NCBI GenBank assembly: GCA_964456565.1
Contig: CAYWBU010000003.1
Span: 1-33,130 of the forward strand
DNA: 33,130 bases
DNA from: an uncultured Bacteriovoracaceae bacterium
GTDB lineage: Bacteria; Desulfobacterota; Desulfomonilia; UBA1062
Direction of reading: 5' to 3'
Position 1 is the stretch's first letter; each line of letters begins with the position of its first letter. This document shows, in pieces, positions 7,659 through 16,636 of the stretch. The notes beneath the pieces are model-generated. The model was not told the DNA's origin. It worked only from the letters and a program-made list of their open reading frames with translations, and ran no database searches. The translations under genes were made by a program, and so were the position numbers.

Positions 7659-9377
7659 TTAGAGACTGTCGATGATGCGGTAGTCAGTCCCCGGCGGGAT
7701 GATGATTTTTTCAAGATCCCTGAAACGTTCGATCTCCCTGATCTGTCGTTCGATATAACCGGCATATTTGATTTCAATCTCGGCTTCAACGATTGCCAGC
7801 TCGGACGCCCCGGGCAGCAGATCGGCCTCGTTGAAATCGGCAATGGAGGTCTCGGGGCGCTTCAGCAGGGTGCTGAGGGACAGCTTTTCGTGCTCGGCGG
7901 ATTTTTTTGGCCGGGCGCCGGGCAGCTGGTCCGGGATGATAATTGAAGTCTGCTCCATATGGTCCTGGAGATCGGCAACCTCATGGAGGATGTCATTGAC
8001 CCTGGCATGCCGATCCTCGTCGATCAGCCCCAGTCTCAATGCATCATCGGAGAGCCTGAACAGGGCATTGGTCTGTCTGAGCATCAGTCGGTATTCGGCG
8101 CGGGAGGTGAACATGCGGTAGGGCTCGGAGGTGCCCTTGGTGACCAGGTCATCCACCATCACCCCGATATAGGCCCTGGAACGGTCCAGGATGAAGGGCG
8201 GTCGGCCCTTGATCTTGAGGGCGGCGTTGATGCCTGCCAGCAGGCCCTGTCCGGCGGCTTCCTCGTAGCCGGAGGTGCCGTTGACCTGGCCGGCAAAATA
8301 AAGCCCGGCGATTTTTTTGGTCTCCAGGGTGCGGGTGAGCTGGGACGGCAGGATGTAGTCATATTCGATGGCATAGGCCGGACGCAGGATTTCGGCCTTC
8401 TCCAGGCCGGGTACCGAACGCACGATCTTCCATTGCAGTTCGAGCGGCATGGAATTTCCCAGGCCCGAGGCATAGGTCTCGATTGAGTCCAGGCCTTCGG
8501 GCTCGATGATGATCTGATGTCCGCCGCGTTCGCCGAAGCGCATGATCTTGTCTTCCAGCGAGGGGCAGTAGCGGGCCGGCGACCCGGTGATGGCCCCGGA
8601 ATAGAGCGGGCTGGATGTGATGTTTTCGCGGATGATCCGGTGGGTCTCAGCCGAGGTGCGCGTCAGAAAGCAGGGAATCTGTTCAAGATCTGAGGCGGAC
8701 GCGTTGAAGGCCAGCGGCATCAGGCCGGCTTGGGGCTGCTGGACCTCCATGCGCGCGGTGTCGATGGTGTTGATGTTGAGGCGCGGCGGGGTTCCGGTTT
8801 TGTGACGGCCGGTTTTCAACCCCAGTTTGCGGATGCTGTCCGCCAGCTCATAGGCGGCCTCTTCCCCGGCCCGCCCGGCCCTGATGGTGCTTTGCCCGAT
8901 ATGAATGAGTCCGGACAGGAAGGTGCCGGCGGTGATGATCACGGCGTAAGCCCCGTAGTGCTGGCCGGTCTGGTCGATGACGCCGGTGATGCGACCCTGA
9001 TCGACCAGAAGGCTGTCGACCCGGAACTGCCGGATATGGACATTTTTTTCCAGCCGGGATTTGATTTTTTTCTCGTAGAGCCATTTATCGTTCTGGGTGC
9101 GGGTGGCCTGGACGGCCGGGCCCTTTTTGGTGTTCAGCAGGCGGTACTGGATGGCGGTTGCATCGGCTGTTTCGGCCATGATGCCGCCCAGGGCGTCGAT
9201 CTCCTTGACCAGATGGCTTTTGGCGAGCCCGCCGATGGAAGGGCTGCACGGCATCCGGCCGATGGTGTCGGCGTTGATGGTGAAGATGGCGGTCTCCATG
9301 CCCATGCGGGCCGCCGCATGGGCGGCCTCGGCTCCGGCATGGCCGCCGCCGACAACGATGACATCAAAATTTTCCAT
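7659..9377 (-). CDS. mnmG: tRNA uridine-5-carboxymethylaminomethyl modification enzyme MnmG (GidA), ended prematurely by an in-frame TAA.
   Basis: It begins with the FAD-binding motif MENFDVIVVGGGHAGAEAA and shows MnmG-typical sequence throughout. The 572-aa ORF lacks the conserved C-terminal segment, which is encoded in the same frame directly after the stop (see the next feature). Confidence 0.85.
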   Translation of the reverse strand: MENFDVIVVGGGHAGAEAAHAAARMGMETAIFTINADTIGRMPCSPSIGGLAKSHLVKEIDALGGIMAETADATAIQYRLLNTKKGPAVQATRTQNDKWLYEKKIKSRLEKNVHIRQFRVDSLLVDQGRITGVIDQTGQHYGAYAVIITAGTFLSGLIHIGQSTIRAGRAGEEAAYELADSIRKLGLKTGRHKTGTPPRLNINTIDTARMEVQQPQAGLMPLAFNASASDLEQIPCFLTRTSAETHRIIRENITSSPLYSGAITGSPARYCPSLEDKIMRFGERGGHQIIIEPEGLDSIETYASGLGNSMPLELQWKIVRSVPGLEKAEILRPAYAIEYDYILPSQLTRTLETKKIAGLYFAGQVNGTSGYEEAAGQGLLAGINAALKIKGRPPFILDRSRAYIGVMVDDLVTKGTSEPYRMFTSRAEYRLMLRQTNALFRLSDDALRLGLIDEDRHARVNDILHEVADLQDHMEQTSIIIPDQLPGARPKKSAEHEKLSLSTLLKRPETSIADFNEADLLPGASELAIVEAEIEIKYAGYIERQIREIERFRDLEKIIIPPGTDYRIIDSL

Positions 9378-9420
9378 GGCTATTCCCTAGGTCAAAAACC
9401 TTTGATGTGCAAGCAATGAA

Positions 9421-10062
9421 TCAGAGATCCTGCAGAGGGCAGCTTTCACAGGCGGGTTTGCGGGGGCGGCAGAAATCTTTGCCGACGAAGACCAGCCAGG
9501 CATGCAGGTCCTTGTAGATGCCGATATCGCGGGGCAGGTCTTTTTCAAAGAGCAGCCGCAGCTCGTCATAGTCGGCACTGTCCCCGGTGATGCCGTGGCG
9601 TTCCAGGATTCTTCTGGTATAGGCATCGATTACAAAGATCTCCTTGCCGGCGGCGTAGCAGATGATGCTGTCGGCAGTCTCGCGGCCAACGCCCTTGACA
9701 TTCAGGAGCAGGTCTCTGAGTTCGTCCCGACTGCGGTCGAAGAGGATAGCAGGATCGCCATCGGCCTTTTCCATCAGCAGGCTGACAAAGTTTCTGAGTC
9801 TGGAGGCCTTGACGTTGAAGTAGCCGGCCGGGCGGATCAGTTCGGCCAGGTCTTCGGCTGCCATGGCATGGATTTTTTGTGGTGAGAGCATCTGGGCGGC
9901 ATTGAGGTTGTTGATGGCCTTTTCCACATTGGTCCAGTTGGTGTTCTGGGTCAGGATTGCGCCGACCATGATTTCGAAAGCGTTGTCACCGGGCCACCAG
10001 CCCGAGGGACCGTAGTGTTCCAGAAGCCGGCGGTGAAGTTCCTGCGGGCGCAAGGGCTTCAT
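9421..10062 (-). CDS. Endonuclease III-related HhH-GPD family protein (COG2231-like) with a C-terminal Fe-S cysteine cluster.
   Basis: It has GAILTQNTNWTNVEKA, the HhH segment LLNVKGVGRETADSI, and the C-terminal CRPRKPACESCPL. Confidence 0.7.
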   Translation of the reverse strand: MKPLRPQELHRRLLEHYGPSGWWPGDNAFEIMVGAILTQNTNWTNVEKAINNLNAAQMLSPQKIHAMAAEDLAELIRPAGYFNVKASRLRNFVSLLMEKADGDPAILFDRSRDELRDLLLNVKGVGRETADSIICYAAGKEIFVIDAYTRRILERHGITGDSADYDELRLLFEKDLPRDIGIYKDLHAWLVFVGKDFCRPRKPACESCPLQDL

Positions 10063-10823
10063 TATTCGGTGGCAGACCTCAGAAAACTTTTCATGCGGTT
10101 GCGCAGATCCTCATCGGAACTCATCAGCATGGCCGACATCTCCAGCTCATATTCGATGGCGGCCTTGGCATTCAGCCGCGGCACAACGTCAAAGGCGCGC
10201 TTGAGGGTTCGCACGGTGCTGTGGGGCCGCTGGGCCAGCTGCCGGGCCCAGGCCATGGTTTCCTCATGCATGTTTTCCGGGGACACCACGCGGTTGATCA
10301 GGCCCATTTTGTGGGCCTCGCGCGCCCCGACCGGGTCACCCCTGAGGCTGAGTTCCTTGGCCTTGGTGACGCCGACCCGGTAGATCAGCGGGGTCAGGAT
10401 CGGATTGAGGCCGAATTTGATTTCGGGATGGGCGAAGATGGCGTTTTCCGAAGCCAGGACGATATCGCCCATCATGGCCAGATTGAAGCCGCCGCCTAAG
10501 GCAATGCCGTTGACGGCACATATCAGGATGCGGTCAAAGTCCATCAGTTTGATATAGGCGTCGACGGTTTTCTCGCAGTAGGTGCTGAGGTCGTCAGGAC
10601 TCACCAGGGATGATTCCTTGATGTCCATGCCGGCCGAGAAACACTGGTCTCCGCCGGTAAGGATGGCCACCTTGATTTCATCATTATCTGGCAGAAAATG
10701 GCCGAAGACATCGTGCAGTTCGGCTATCATGCGGCCGGAAAGGGCATTGAGCTCTTTTTTGCGGTCAAGTTCAACAATTGCGATGTTGTCTTGAACATCG
10801 ACCTTCAGGACCTGATATTCCAT
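10062..10823 (-). CDS. Enoyl-CoA hydratase/isomerase (crotonase) family protein.
   Basis: It has crotonase-fold motifs (FSAGMDIKE, ICAVNGIALGGGFNLAMMGD, FAHPEIKFGL). A GGGAGA Shine-Dalgarno precedes the start. Confidence 0.8.
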   Translation of the reverse strand: MEYQVLKVDVQDNIAIVELDRKKELNALSGRMIAELHDVFGHFLPDNDEIKVAILTGGDQCFSAGMDIKESSLVSPDDLSTYCEKTVDAYIKLMDFDRILICAVNGIALGGGFNLAMMGDIVLASENAIFAHPEIKFGLNPILTPLIYRVGVTKAKELSLRGDPVGAREAHKMGLINRVVSPENMHEETMAWARQLAQRPHSTVRTLKRAFDVVPRLNAKAAIEYELEMSAMLMSSDEDLRNRMKSFLRSATE

Positions 10824-10894
10824 GGCGTCTCCCTGATGAGTTGTAGTGATAAAGGTGTTCTAACGGGTCTTGCGGGGCGTGTCAATTGCGGGCT

Positions 10895-10920
10895 TGAAGA
10901 CCGGAACAGTCCGGTCTTCA
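10895..10920 (-). terminator. Perfect 11-bp stem-loop that includes the TGA stop of the methyltransferase-like gene; no U-tract follows.
   Basis: On the minus strand it reads TGAAGACCGGA-CTGT-TCCGGTCTTCA. The following sequence, AGCCCGCAATTG, is not U-rich. It could be an attenuator or an RNA-stability element rather than a canonical terminator. Confidence 0.4.
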
Positions 10921-11742
10921 GCCGCAGGCTTTGAGGTCCTGGATCTGGCTGGCAGATTCGACCTTGGGGGTGGCGATCAGGTAGGTGATCCTGATGCCGG
11001 GGATTTCGCCCTTGGCAACCCCGGTCTGCCACTCATAGCTTTGGTTGTTTCTGACCCGGCTGATGAGTTGTTGCAGCTCAGAGGGATTATAGGCCCGCAG
11101 GTTTGAGGCCGTGCCGTCCCACATGCACAGGATCGGGATGACGGGGACATAGGTCAGCAGCAGGCGTAGCAGGCTGAAGGGTTTCATGAAGGGCGCCATG
11201 AAAAGCTGGCCGATGGGGCCGCCCACCAGCACCTGGAAAAATGCGCTGGGCGTCCGGTTGGAGAGTTCAAAGATCCCGATTGAAGATTTTTTGTCAACCG
11301 TATCCTGCAGGATGTTGACCGCCACTGCGGGCGGGAAATGGTGGAAGGCCGAAAAGATGGTCCTGAAGCCGTCAATATCTTCAGGGACATCGGTTGCATC
11401 CACCGAATATTCGATATGCCCGACGCCGCCGGAAGATTCGGCCTCCAGGCGTTTGAAGGCCGGGATGTTGGGATATTTGTCGGTCAATGTTACCGTGACC
11501 GGATAATCATATTCATCGGAGATGGTCTGCTGGACCTGGGCCAGGGGGCCGGATCCGCCCGAACAGAGGTCGATGATGGCTTTCTGGCCGGTCTTTGCCA
11601 TGGCATCCTTGATCAGGGGCATGATGCATTTGTAAAGATCAAAACGGATCATGTTGATGTGGAAGACATCGGTCATGAAATTTCTTAGGGTTGCCGGAAA
11701 CCATTTGAAATCTTCAAATTCAATTGCCTGAAAGCGTCCCAT
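10918..11742 (-). CDS. Class I SAM-dependent methyltransferase-like protein.
   Basis: It has a motif-I-like IIDLCSGGSGPL. I prefer the ATG at 11742 because GGAGG lies 8 nt upstream (plus-strand cctcc at 11751..11755). The tracked start at 11772 has no Shine-Dalgarno. Confidence 0.55.
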   Translation of the reverse strand: MGRFQAIEFEDFKWFPATLRNFMTDVFHINMIRFDLYKCIMPLIKDAMAKTGQKAIIDLCSGGSGPLAQVQQTISDEYDYPVTVTLTDKYPNIPAFKRLEAESSGGVGHIEYSVDATDVPEDIDGFRTIFSAFHHFPPAVAVNILQDTVDKKSSIGIFELSNRTPSAFFQVLVGGPIGQLFMAPFMKPFSLLRLLLTYVPVIPILCMWDGTASNLRAYNPSELQQLISRVRNNQSYEWQTGVAKGEIPGIRITYLIATPKVESASQIQDLKACG

Positions 11743-11807
11743 AAGCTTTACCTCCGCCTGGTCTAATAACATAAGTGAATCATGTTCACAAACCCAAATA
11801 TGATTTA

Positions 11808-11847
11808 TAAAAAGAGAGAATTCGGGCCCCGGTTATTCCGGGGACCG
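11808..11847 (-). terminator. Rho-independent terminator downstream of the symporter gene.
   Basis: On the minus strand the hairpin is CGGTCCCCGG-AATAA-CCGGGGCCCG (6 bp, one mismatch, 3 bp). It is followed by AATTCTCTCTTTTTAT. Confidence 0.6.
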
Positions 11848-11851
11848 GGTC

Positions 11852-13213
11852 TTACTGGTTGTCCTGGTTGTCGAGGCCGTAGACGCGGGCGGAATCGGCG
11901 AAATATTCTTTGGTCTTGCGTAAGACCACCGGACTCAGGAAGAGCAACCCGATCAGGTTGGGCCAGGCCATCATGGCATTGAAGATATCGGAGACGGTCC
12001 AGACCAGCTCAAGCTGGACCGCGGCGCCTACCGGCAACAGGATGCAGTAGAGGATACGATAGGGCAAGACCATCTTCTGGCCGAAGAGATAGTCGATGCA
12101 GCGGTCGCCATAGTAGGACCAGCTGATGGCGGTTGAAAAGGCAAAGAAGATTATGCCGATTGCAACAATATATCCGCCGGGCCCGGGCAGGCCGCGGTTG
12201 AAGCCGTCGGCCGTCAGTTCGGCCCCGGTCAGCCCGCTGGTGTAGGCGCCGGTCAGGATGATGACCAGGGCGGTCATGGTGCAGATCATGATGGTATCGA
12301 TGAAGGGCCCCAGCATGGCCACCAGGCCTTCGCGCACCGGTTCCTTGGTCTGGGCCGCGCCGTGGGCGATGGGGGCGCTGCCGAGCCCGGCCTCATTGGA
12401 AAAGACCCCGCGGGCCACGCCGAAACGGATCGCCTGGGCCACGGCGGCGCCGGCAAAGCCTCCGGTGGCGGCCGTGCCGCTGAAGGCATCACTGAAGATG
12501 ATACTGAAGGCCTGCGGAATACCGCTGTGATATTTTATAACCACGACCAGGGCCCCCAGGATGTAGAAGACCGACATGAAGGGCACCAGCCGGCTGGCAA
12601 CCTGGCCGATGCGTTTGATCCCGCCCACGATGACGGCGAAGACCAGGGCCCCGATGATCAGTCCGGTGGCAATCTTGGGAATGCCGAAATAGGCCTGAAC
12701 CGGTTCGGCCACCGAGTTGGCCTGCACCATGTTGCCGATGCCGAAGGAGGCAATGGCGGCAAAGATGGCAAACAGGATTCCGAGCCATTTCTGACCCAGG
12801 CCGCGCTCCAGGTAATACATGGGGCCGGCGCCGACGGTGCCGTCCTCATGGATAATCCTGAAATTGAGCGAGAGCAGGCATTCGGCATATTTAAGGCCCA
12901 TGCCGAAGACTGCGGTAACCCACATCCAGAAGACGGCTCCCGGTCCTCCCAGGGCGATGGCCGTGCCCACGCCGGCAATGTTGCCGGTGCCGATGGTGGC
13001 CGACAGGGCCGCACTCAGGGCCTGGAAATGGGTGATTTCGCCGTCGTCTTCAGGGTTGTCATATTTGCCGGAAATCAATTTCCAGGCGTAGGCGAATTTG
13101 CGGACCTGAATGCCGCTGACCAGCAGGGTGATGAAGATGCCCGTGCCCACCAGCAGAATGATGGTGACCGGCCCCCACACAAAAGAACTGATATTGCCAA
13201 GCATATCGTGCAT
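11852..13213 (-). CDS. Alanine/glycine:cation (sodium) symporter, AGCS family.
   Basis: It has the AGCS signature region FQALSAALSATIGTGNIAGVGTAIALGGPGAVFWMW and a polytopic profile. A GGGGAGG Shine-Dalgarno precedes the start. Confidence 0.85.
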   Translation of the reverse strand: MHDMLGNISSFVWGPVTIILLVGTGIFITLLVSGIQVRKFAYAWKLISGKYDNPEDDGEITHFQALSAALSATIGTGNIAGVGTAIALGGPGAVFWMWVTAVFGMGLKYAECLLSLNFRIIHEDGTVGAGPMYYLERGLGQKWLGILFAIFAAIASFGIGNMVQANSVAEPVQAYFGIPKIATGLIIGALVFAVIVGGIKRIGQVASRLVPFMSVFYILGALVVVIKYHSGIPQAFSIIFSDAFSGTAATGGFAGAAVAQAIRFGVARGVFSNEAGLGSAPIAHGAAQTKEPVREGLVAMLGPFIDTIMICTMTALVIILTGAYTSGLTGAELTADGFNRGLPGPGGYIVAIGIIFFAFSTAISWSYYGDRCIDYLFGQKMVLPYRILYCILLPVGAAVQLELVWTVSDIFNAMMAWPNLIGLLFLSPVVLRKTKEYFADSARVYGLDNQDNQ

Positions 13214-13342
13214 AAAACCTCCCCTGTTTTGAAATTCAGGCTGCGGAGTACGCCTGGGTACATGGAACTCTATTTAAAATTATAACATTCCAGACCAGTT
13301 GCGCCAGCATTTATCGGTTGTGGTGCTTGATCGCAGATCGGG

Positions 13343-14683
13343 ATGTCTGCTAACAGTCTTTTAATGAATACTTTGAGGGTCAGCCAGCTCAACGGCATGA
13401 TCCGGGAGTTCCTTGACGCCGCCTTTCCGGAGGAGATCTGGGTGGTGGGCGAGATTCAGGGCTACCGGCTGCATGCCAAATCCGGTCATATCTATTTTGA
13501 TCTGGTGGAAAAGTCCGAGGGGGCTAGTCAGCATTATCTGGCCAAGGTTAGCTGTGCCTTTTTCCGCGGCAGTGTGCTCAAGTGGCGCGGGATTCTCCGG
13601 CAGCAGGGGCTGGCTGACTTCAGTCTTGAGGACGGGATGGAGATCAGACTCAGGGCGCGGGTGGATTTCTTTGCCAAAGAGGGGCGTTATCAGCTGATAG
13701 TTGGGATGATCGATCCGGCCTATATCCTGGGAGCCCTGGCGCGTAAAAGGGCCCAGACCGTGGAGACGCTGCGACAGGAGGGCCTGCTGGGGCTTAACCG
13801 GGAACTTGAATTTCCCAGGGTTCCGCTGGAAGTCGGACTGATCACCTCAGATGGTTCGGCGGCCTATAATGATTTTGTCAGTGTGCTCACGGCCAGCGGT
13901 CTGGGTTTTTCGGTCAAAGTTTTCGATGCCCATATGCAGGGCCGTGATACGGTTCGGGATGTTGTCAGAGGGCTGCGCCGGCTGGACGGTGCAGTGGATG
14001 TGATTGTGCTCACCAGGGGCGGCGGCGGGCGCACGGACCTGGTCTATTTTGATGACCTTGCCATCTGCCGGGCCATCGCCACCTGTTCCACACCGGTAAT
14101 TACCGGGATCGGGCATGAAATTGATCTGAGCGTGGCGGATATGGTGGCCAGCCGGCATCTGGTGACGCCCACGGATACGGCACGTTTTCTGGTGGGTGCG
14201 GTTAAGGAAACAGACGATTTTATTGCGGAGGCCGCCCGGCAGCTGCGACGGTTCGGGCGGGAACAGGTTGAGGATCACCGGATTGTGCTCAAGAACCGGG
14301 CCGCCGCCCTGGCGCATATGGCGGAAAAGATGGTCATGTCAGGCCTGGCGCTGCTGGGTAAACATGCCCGTGAACTGGGATTTGCCGCCGGCAATACTGT
14401 CCGGGAGCAGCGTCTCGGGTTGCAGGGAGATCTGTTGAAGCTTAAGCATGCCTCCGGCAACAGGCTGCGGGATGCGGATCACCATTTGCGGCATCTTGCA
14501 GATGTCCTGAAACTGTTGGATCCGGGAGAGATGTTCAGACGGGGCTATGCCCTGTTGACGGATGAAGCGGGGCGTGCCCTGCATTCGGTGGCCGGTTTGG
14601 CGCCCGGGCAGAAAATAACGGCGGTGTTGTCTGACGGACGCATCAGGGGCATGATTGAAGAGGTGCAAAAGAATGAAAAGTAA
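13343..14683 (+). CDS. xseA: Exodeoxyribonuclease VII large subunit.
   Basis: The N-terminal OB-fold region is VSQLNGMIREFLDAAFPEEIWVVGEIQGYRLHAKSGHIYFDLVEK. It also has LTRGGGG and ITGIGHEID motifs. It is followed by an overlapping xseB. Confidence 0.9.
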   Translation: MSANSLLMNTLRVSQLNGMIREFLDAAFPEEIWVVGEIQGYRLHAKSGHIYFDLVEKSEGASQHYLAKVSCAFFRGSVLKWRGILRQQGLADFSLEDGMEIRLRARVDFFAKEGRYQLIVGMIDPAYILGALARKRAQTVETLRQEGLLGLNRELEFPRVPLEVGLITSDGSAAYNDFVSVLTASGLGFSVKVFDAHMQGRDTVRDVVRGLRRLDGAVDVIVLTRGGGGRTDLVYFDDLAICRAIATCSTPVITGIGHEIDLSVADMVASRHLVTPTDTARFLVGAVKETDDFIAEAARQLRRFGREQVEDHRIVLKNRAAALAHMAEKMVMSGLALLGKHARELGFAAGNTVREQRLGLQGDLLKLKHASGNRLRDADHHLRHLADVLKLLDPGEMFRRGYALLTDEAGRALHSVAGLAPGQKITAVLSDGRIRGMIEEVQKNEK

Positions 14684-14882
14684 GAAATATTCCGAAATGC
14701 TGGGCGAGCTGGAGACGATTGTGGAAAAGATGAACCGCGGCGAGATCGCGATTGACGACCTGGGCAGCACGGTCAAGGATGCCGCCCGGCTGATCAAGGC
14801 GCTCAATCAGCGGCTGAGTGCAACCGAAACCGAGATCGCCCGGGTCTTTGACGAGTTGGAGGATCAGGAGCCGTCAGCTTGA
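14673..14882 (+). CDS. xseB: Exodeoxyribonuclease VII small subunit.
   Basis: It has YSEMLGELETIVEKMNRGEIAIDDL, typical of XseB. The ATG at 14673 has GAGGTG upstream and overlaps the xseA stop. The tracked start at 14655 is a TTG inside xseA. Confidence 0.85.
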   Translation: MKSKKYSEMLGELETIVEKMNRGEIAIDDLGSTVKDAARLIKALNQRLSATETEIARVFDELEDQEPSA

Positions 14883-14912
14883 CTTCTGGCGTCGGTCTGC
14901 TATAGGGCATGC

Positions 14913-16055
14913 ATGCAGATATCCCGCAAGGCAGACGGAATCACGTCCTTTCTGGTCATGGATGTTCTCGAGGAGGCCAACCGCATGGCGGCCGCCGGCG
15001 AGGACATTATTCATCTGGAGGTGGGCGAGCCGGATTTTGATACCCCGCTTTGTATCAGGGAGGCGGCCGCGGCCGCACTCAACAGCGGCAAGACCCACTA
15101 TACCCATTCCCAGGGGATTCCGGAACTGCGCCAGGCCATCTGCGATCACTACCGGGCAACCTATGGCGTGGCAATCGATCCGGAACAGGTGATCGTTACG
15201 GCCGGTTCATCACCGGCATTGCTGATGGCCTTCATGGTGCTGGCGGATGCCGGGGACGAGATCATCATGACCGACCCGGGCTATGCCTGTTATGTGAACT
15301 TTGCCCGCGCCCTGGATATCTCCGCCCGGCGGATTGGTACCGGCAATGAGGACGGGTTCCAGCTCAATCCGCAGAAGGTCAGGGAGAACCTGACGTCGCG
15401 GACCAGGGCGATCCTGATAAATTCACCGGCCAACCCCACCGGGATCTGCCTGGATGATGCCCATCTGCGGGATCTGGCCGCAGTGGGTCTGCCGATAGTC
15501 GCCGATGAGATCTACCATGGGCTGGTATATGAGGGCGAACAGCATTCCATCCTGGAATATACCGAAGACGCCATTGTCATAAACGGATTTTCCAAGGCCT
15601 GGGCCATGACCGGGTGGCGGCTGGGTTGGGCGATTTTTCCGAAGAAGCTGGTGCGCAGCGCCCAGAAGATCAACCAGAACCTGATGATCTGTGCGCCGTC
15701 GCCGGCCCAGTGGGGTGGGGTGGCGGCCTTGGAAGAGGCCGGTGCAGATGTCAGGCGGATGCATGATGTTTTTGCCAAACGGCGTCAGATAACCCTGGAA
15801 CAGTGCCGGTTGCAGGATTTCAATATAGAGGTTGAACCGGTGGGTGCCTTCTATGTCCTGGCCAATATGAAGCATATCAGCTCCGATTCGCACAAACTGG
15901 CCTTTGATGTCCTCAAAAATACCGGGGTGGGGGTGACTCCGGGGATTGATTTCGGTCCCGGTGCCGAAGGCTATCTGCGGTTTTCATATGCCAATTCCGC
16001 TGAAAACATTACCCGAGGGATCCAGCGGGTCGGGGAGTATCTGAGGAGCCTATGA
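14913..16055 (+). CDS. Pyridoxal-phosphate-dependent aminotransferase, class I/II (aspartate/aromatic type).
   Basis: It has the PLP-lysine motif in NGFSKAWAMTGWRLGW and the INSPANPTG motif. Confidence 0.85.
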   Translation: MQISRKADGITSFLVMDVLEEANRMAAAGEDIIHLEVGEPDFDTPLCIREAAAAALNSGKTHYTHSQGIPELRQAICDHYRATYGVAIDPEQVIVTAGSSPALLMAFMVLADAGDEIIMTDPGYACYVNFARALDISARRIGTGNEDGFQLNPQKVRENLTSRTRAILINSPANPTGICLDDAHLRDLAAVGLPIVADEIYHGLVYEGEQHSILEYTEDAIVINGFSKAWAMTGWRLGWAIFPKKLVRSAQKINQNLMICAPSPAQWGGVAALEEAGADVRRMHDVFAKRRQITLEQCRLQDFNIEVEPVGAFYVLANMKHISSDSHKLAFDVLKNTGVGVTPGIDFGPGAEGYLRFSYANSAENITRGIQRVGEYLRSL

Positions 16056-16636
16056 AAGTCAGAGTCAGGGATGCCAGTTATACCGGAACCATTTATGAAA
16101 AACTGCCGGAAATGCCCGAGATCGCCTTTGCCGGACGATCCAACGTGGGCAAGTCCTCGCTGATCAATGCCCTGCTCAACCGCAAGGATCTGGTGCGGAC
16201 CAGCAAGCAGCCCGGCAAGACCAGGAATATCAATTTTTTCACGGTCGATACGGTCGAGGCGGAGCCTTTCTATATGGTGGATCTGCCGGGATACGGCTAT
16301 GCCAAGGTGTCCAAGGACATGAAAGATGTCTGGGATCGTCTGGCCGGCCGTTACTTTACCGGCAATCGCAATCTCAAGATCCTGTTCCTGCTGATTGACG
16401 TGCGGCGTTCAATGCAGGCCGAAGAACGCTTGGCGCTGGAGATGGCTCGGGAATGCGGGGCCCGGAGCCTGGTGGTGGCCACCAAGGTGGACAAGCTCAA
16501 ATCATCCGAACGCCAGAAAATCATCAAGGGCCTGAAGGACGATGTGGGCAGCCGGGTGCTGGTATGTTCGGCCCACAAGAAAACCGGCCTGGATGATATC
16601 TGGGACGAGATCCTGGCCGCTGTCGGCCAGGACTGA
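16052..16636 (+). CDS. engB: Ribosome-biogenesis GTPase EngB (YihA/YsxC).
   Basis: G1 is GRSNVGKSSLINAL, G3 is DLPGYG and G4 is TKVDK. An ATGA overlap couples it to the aminotransferase stop. Confidence 0.88.
   Translation: MKVRVRDASYTGTIYEKLPEMPEIAFAGRSNVGKSSLINALLNRKDLVRTSKQPGKTRNINFFTVDTVEAEPFYMVDLPGYGYAKVSKDMKDVWDRLAGRYFTGNRNLKILFLLIDVRRSMQAEERLALEMARECGARSLVVATKVDKLKSSERQKIIKGLKDDVGSRVLVCSAHKKTGLDDIWDEILAAVGQD

Noticed and set aside
7497-7946. A plus-strand 149-aa ORF and a minus-strand 85-aa ORF (7586..7843) across the mnmG 3' end.
   Set aside because: They are off-frame relative to mnmG. The only coding signal in 7533..7658 is the in-frame continuation of mnmG.
13214-13342. A glycine riboswitch upstream of the Ala/Gly:cation symporter; such riboswitches are common for AGCS genes.
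   Set aside because: The leader is only about 129 nt and is shared with the divergent xseA. I could not find the conserved GGAGAG...CACCG...CUCAGGCAA-type elements on the minus strand.
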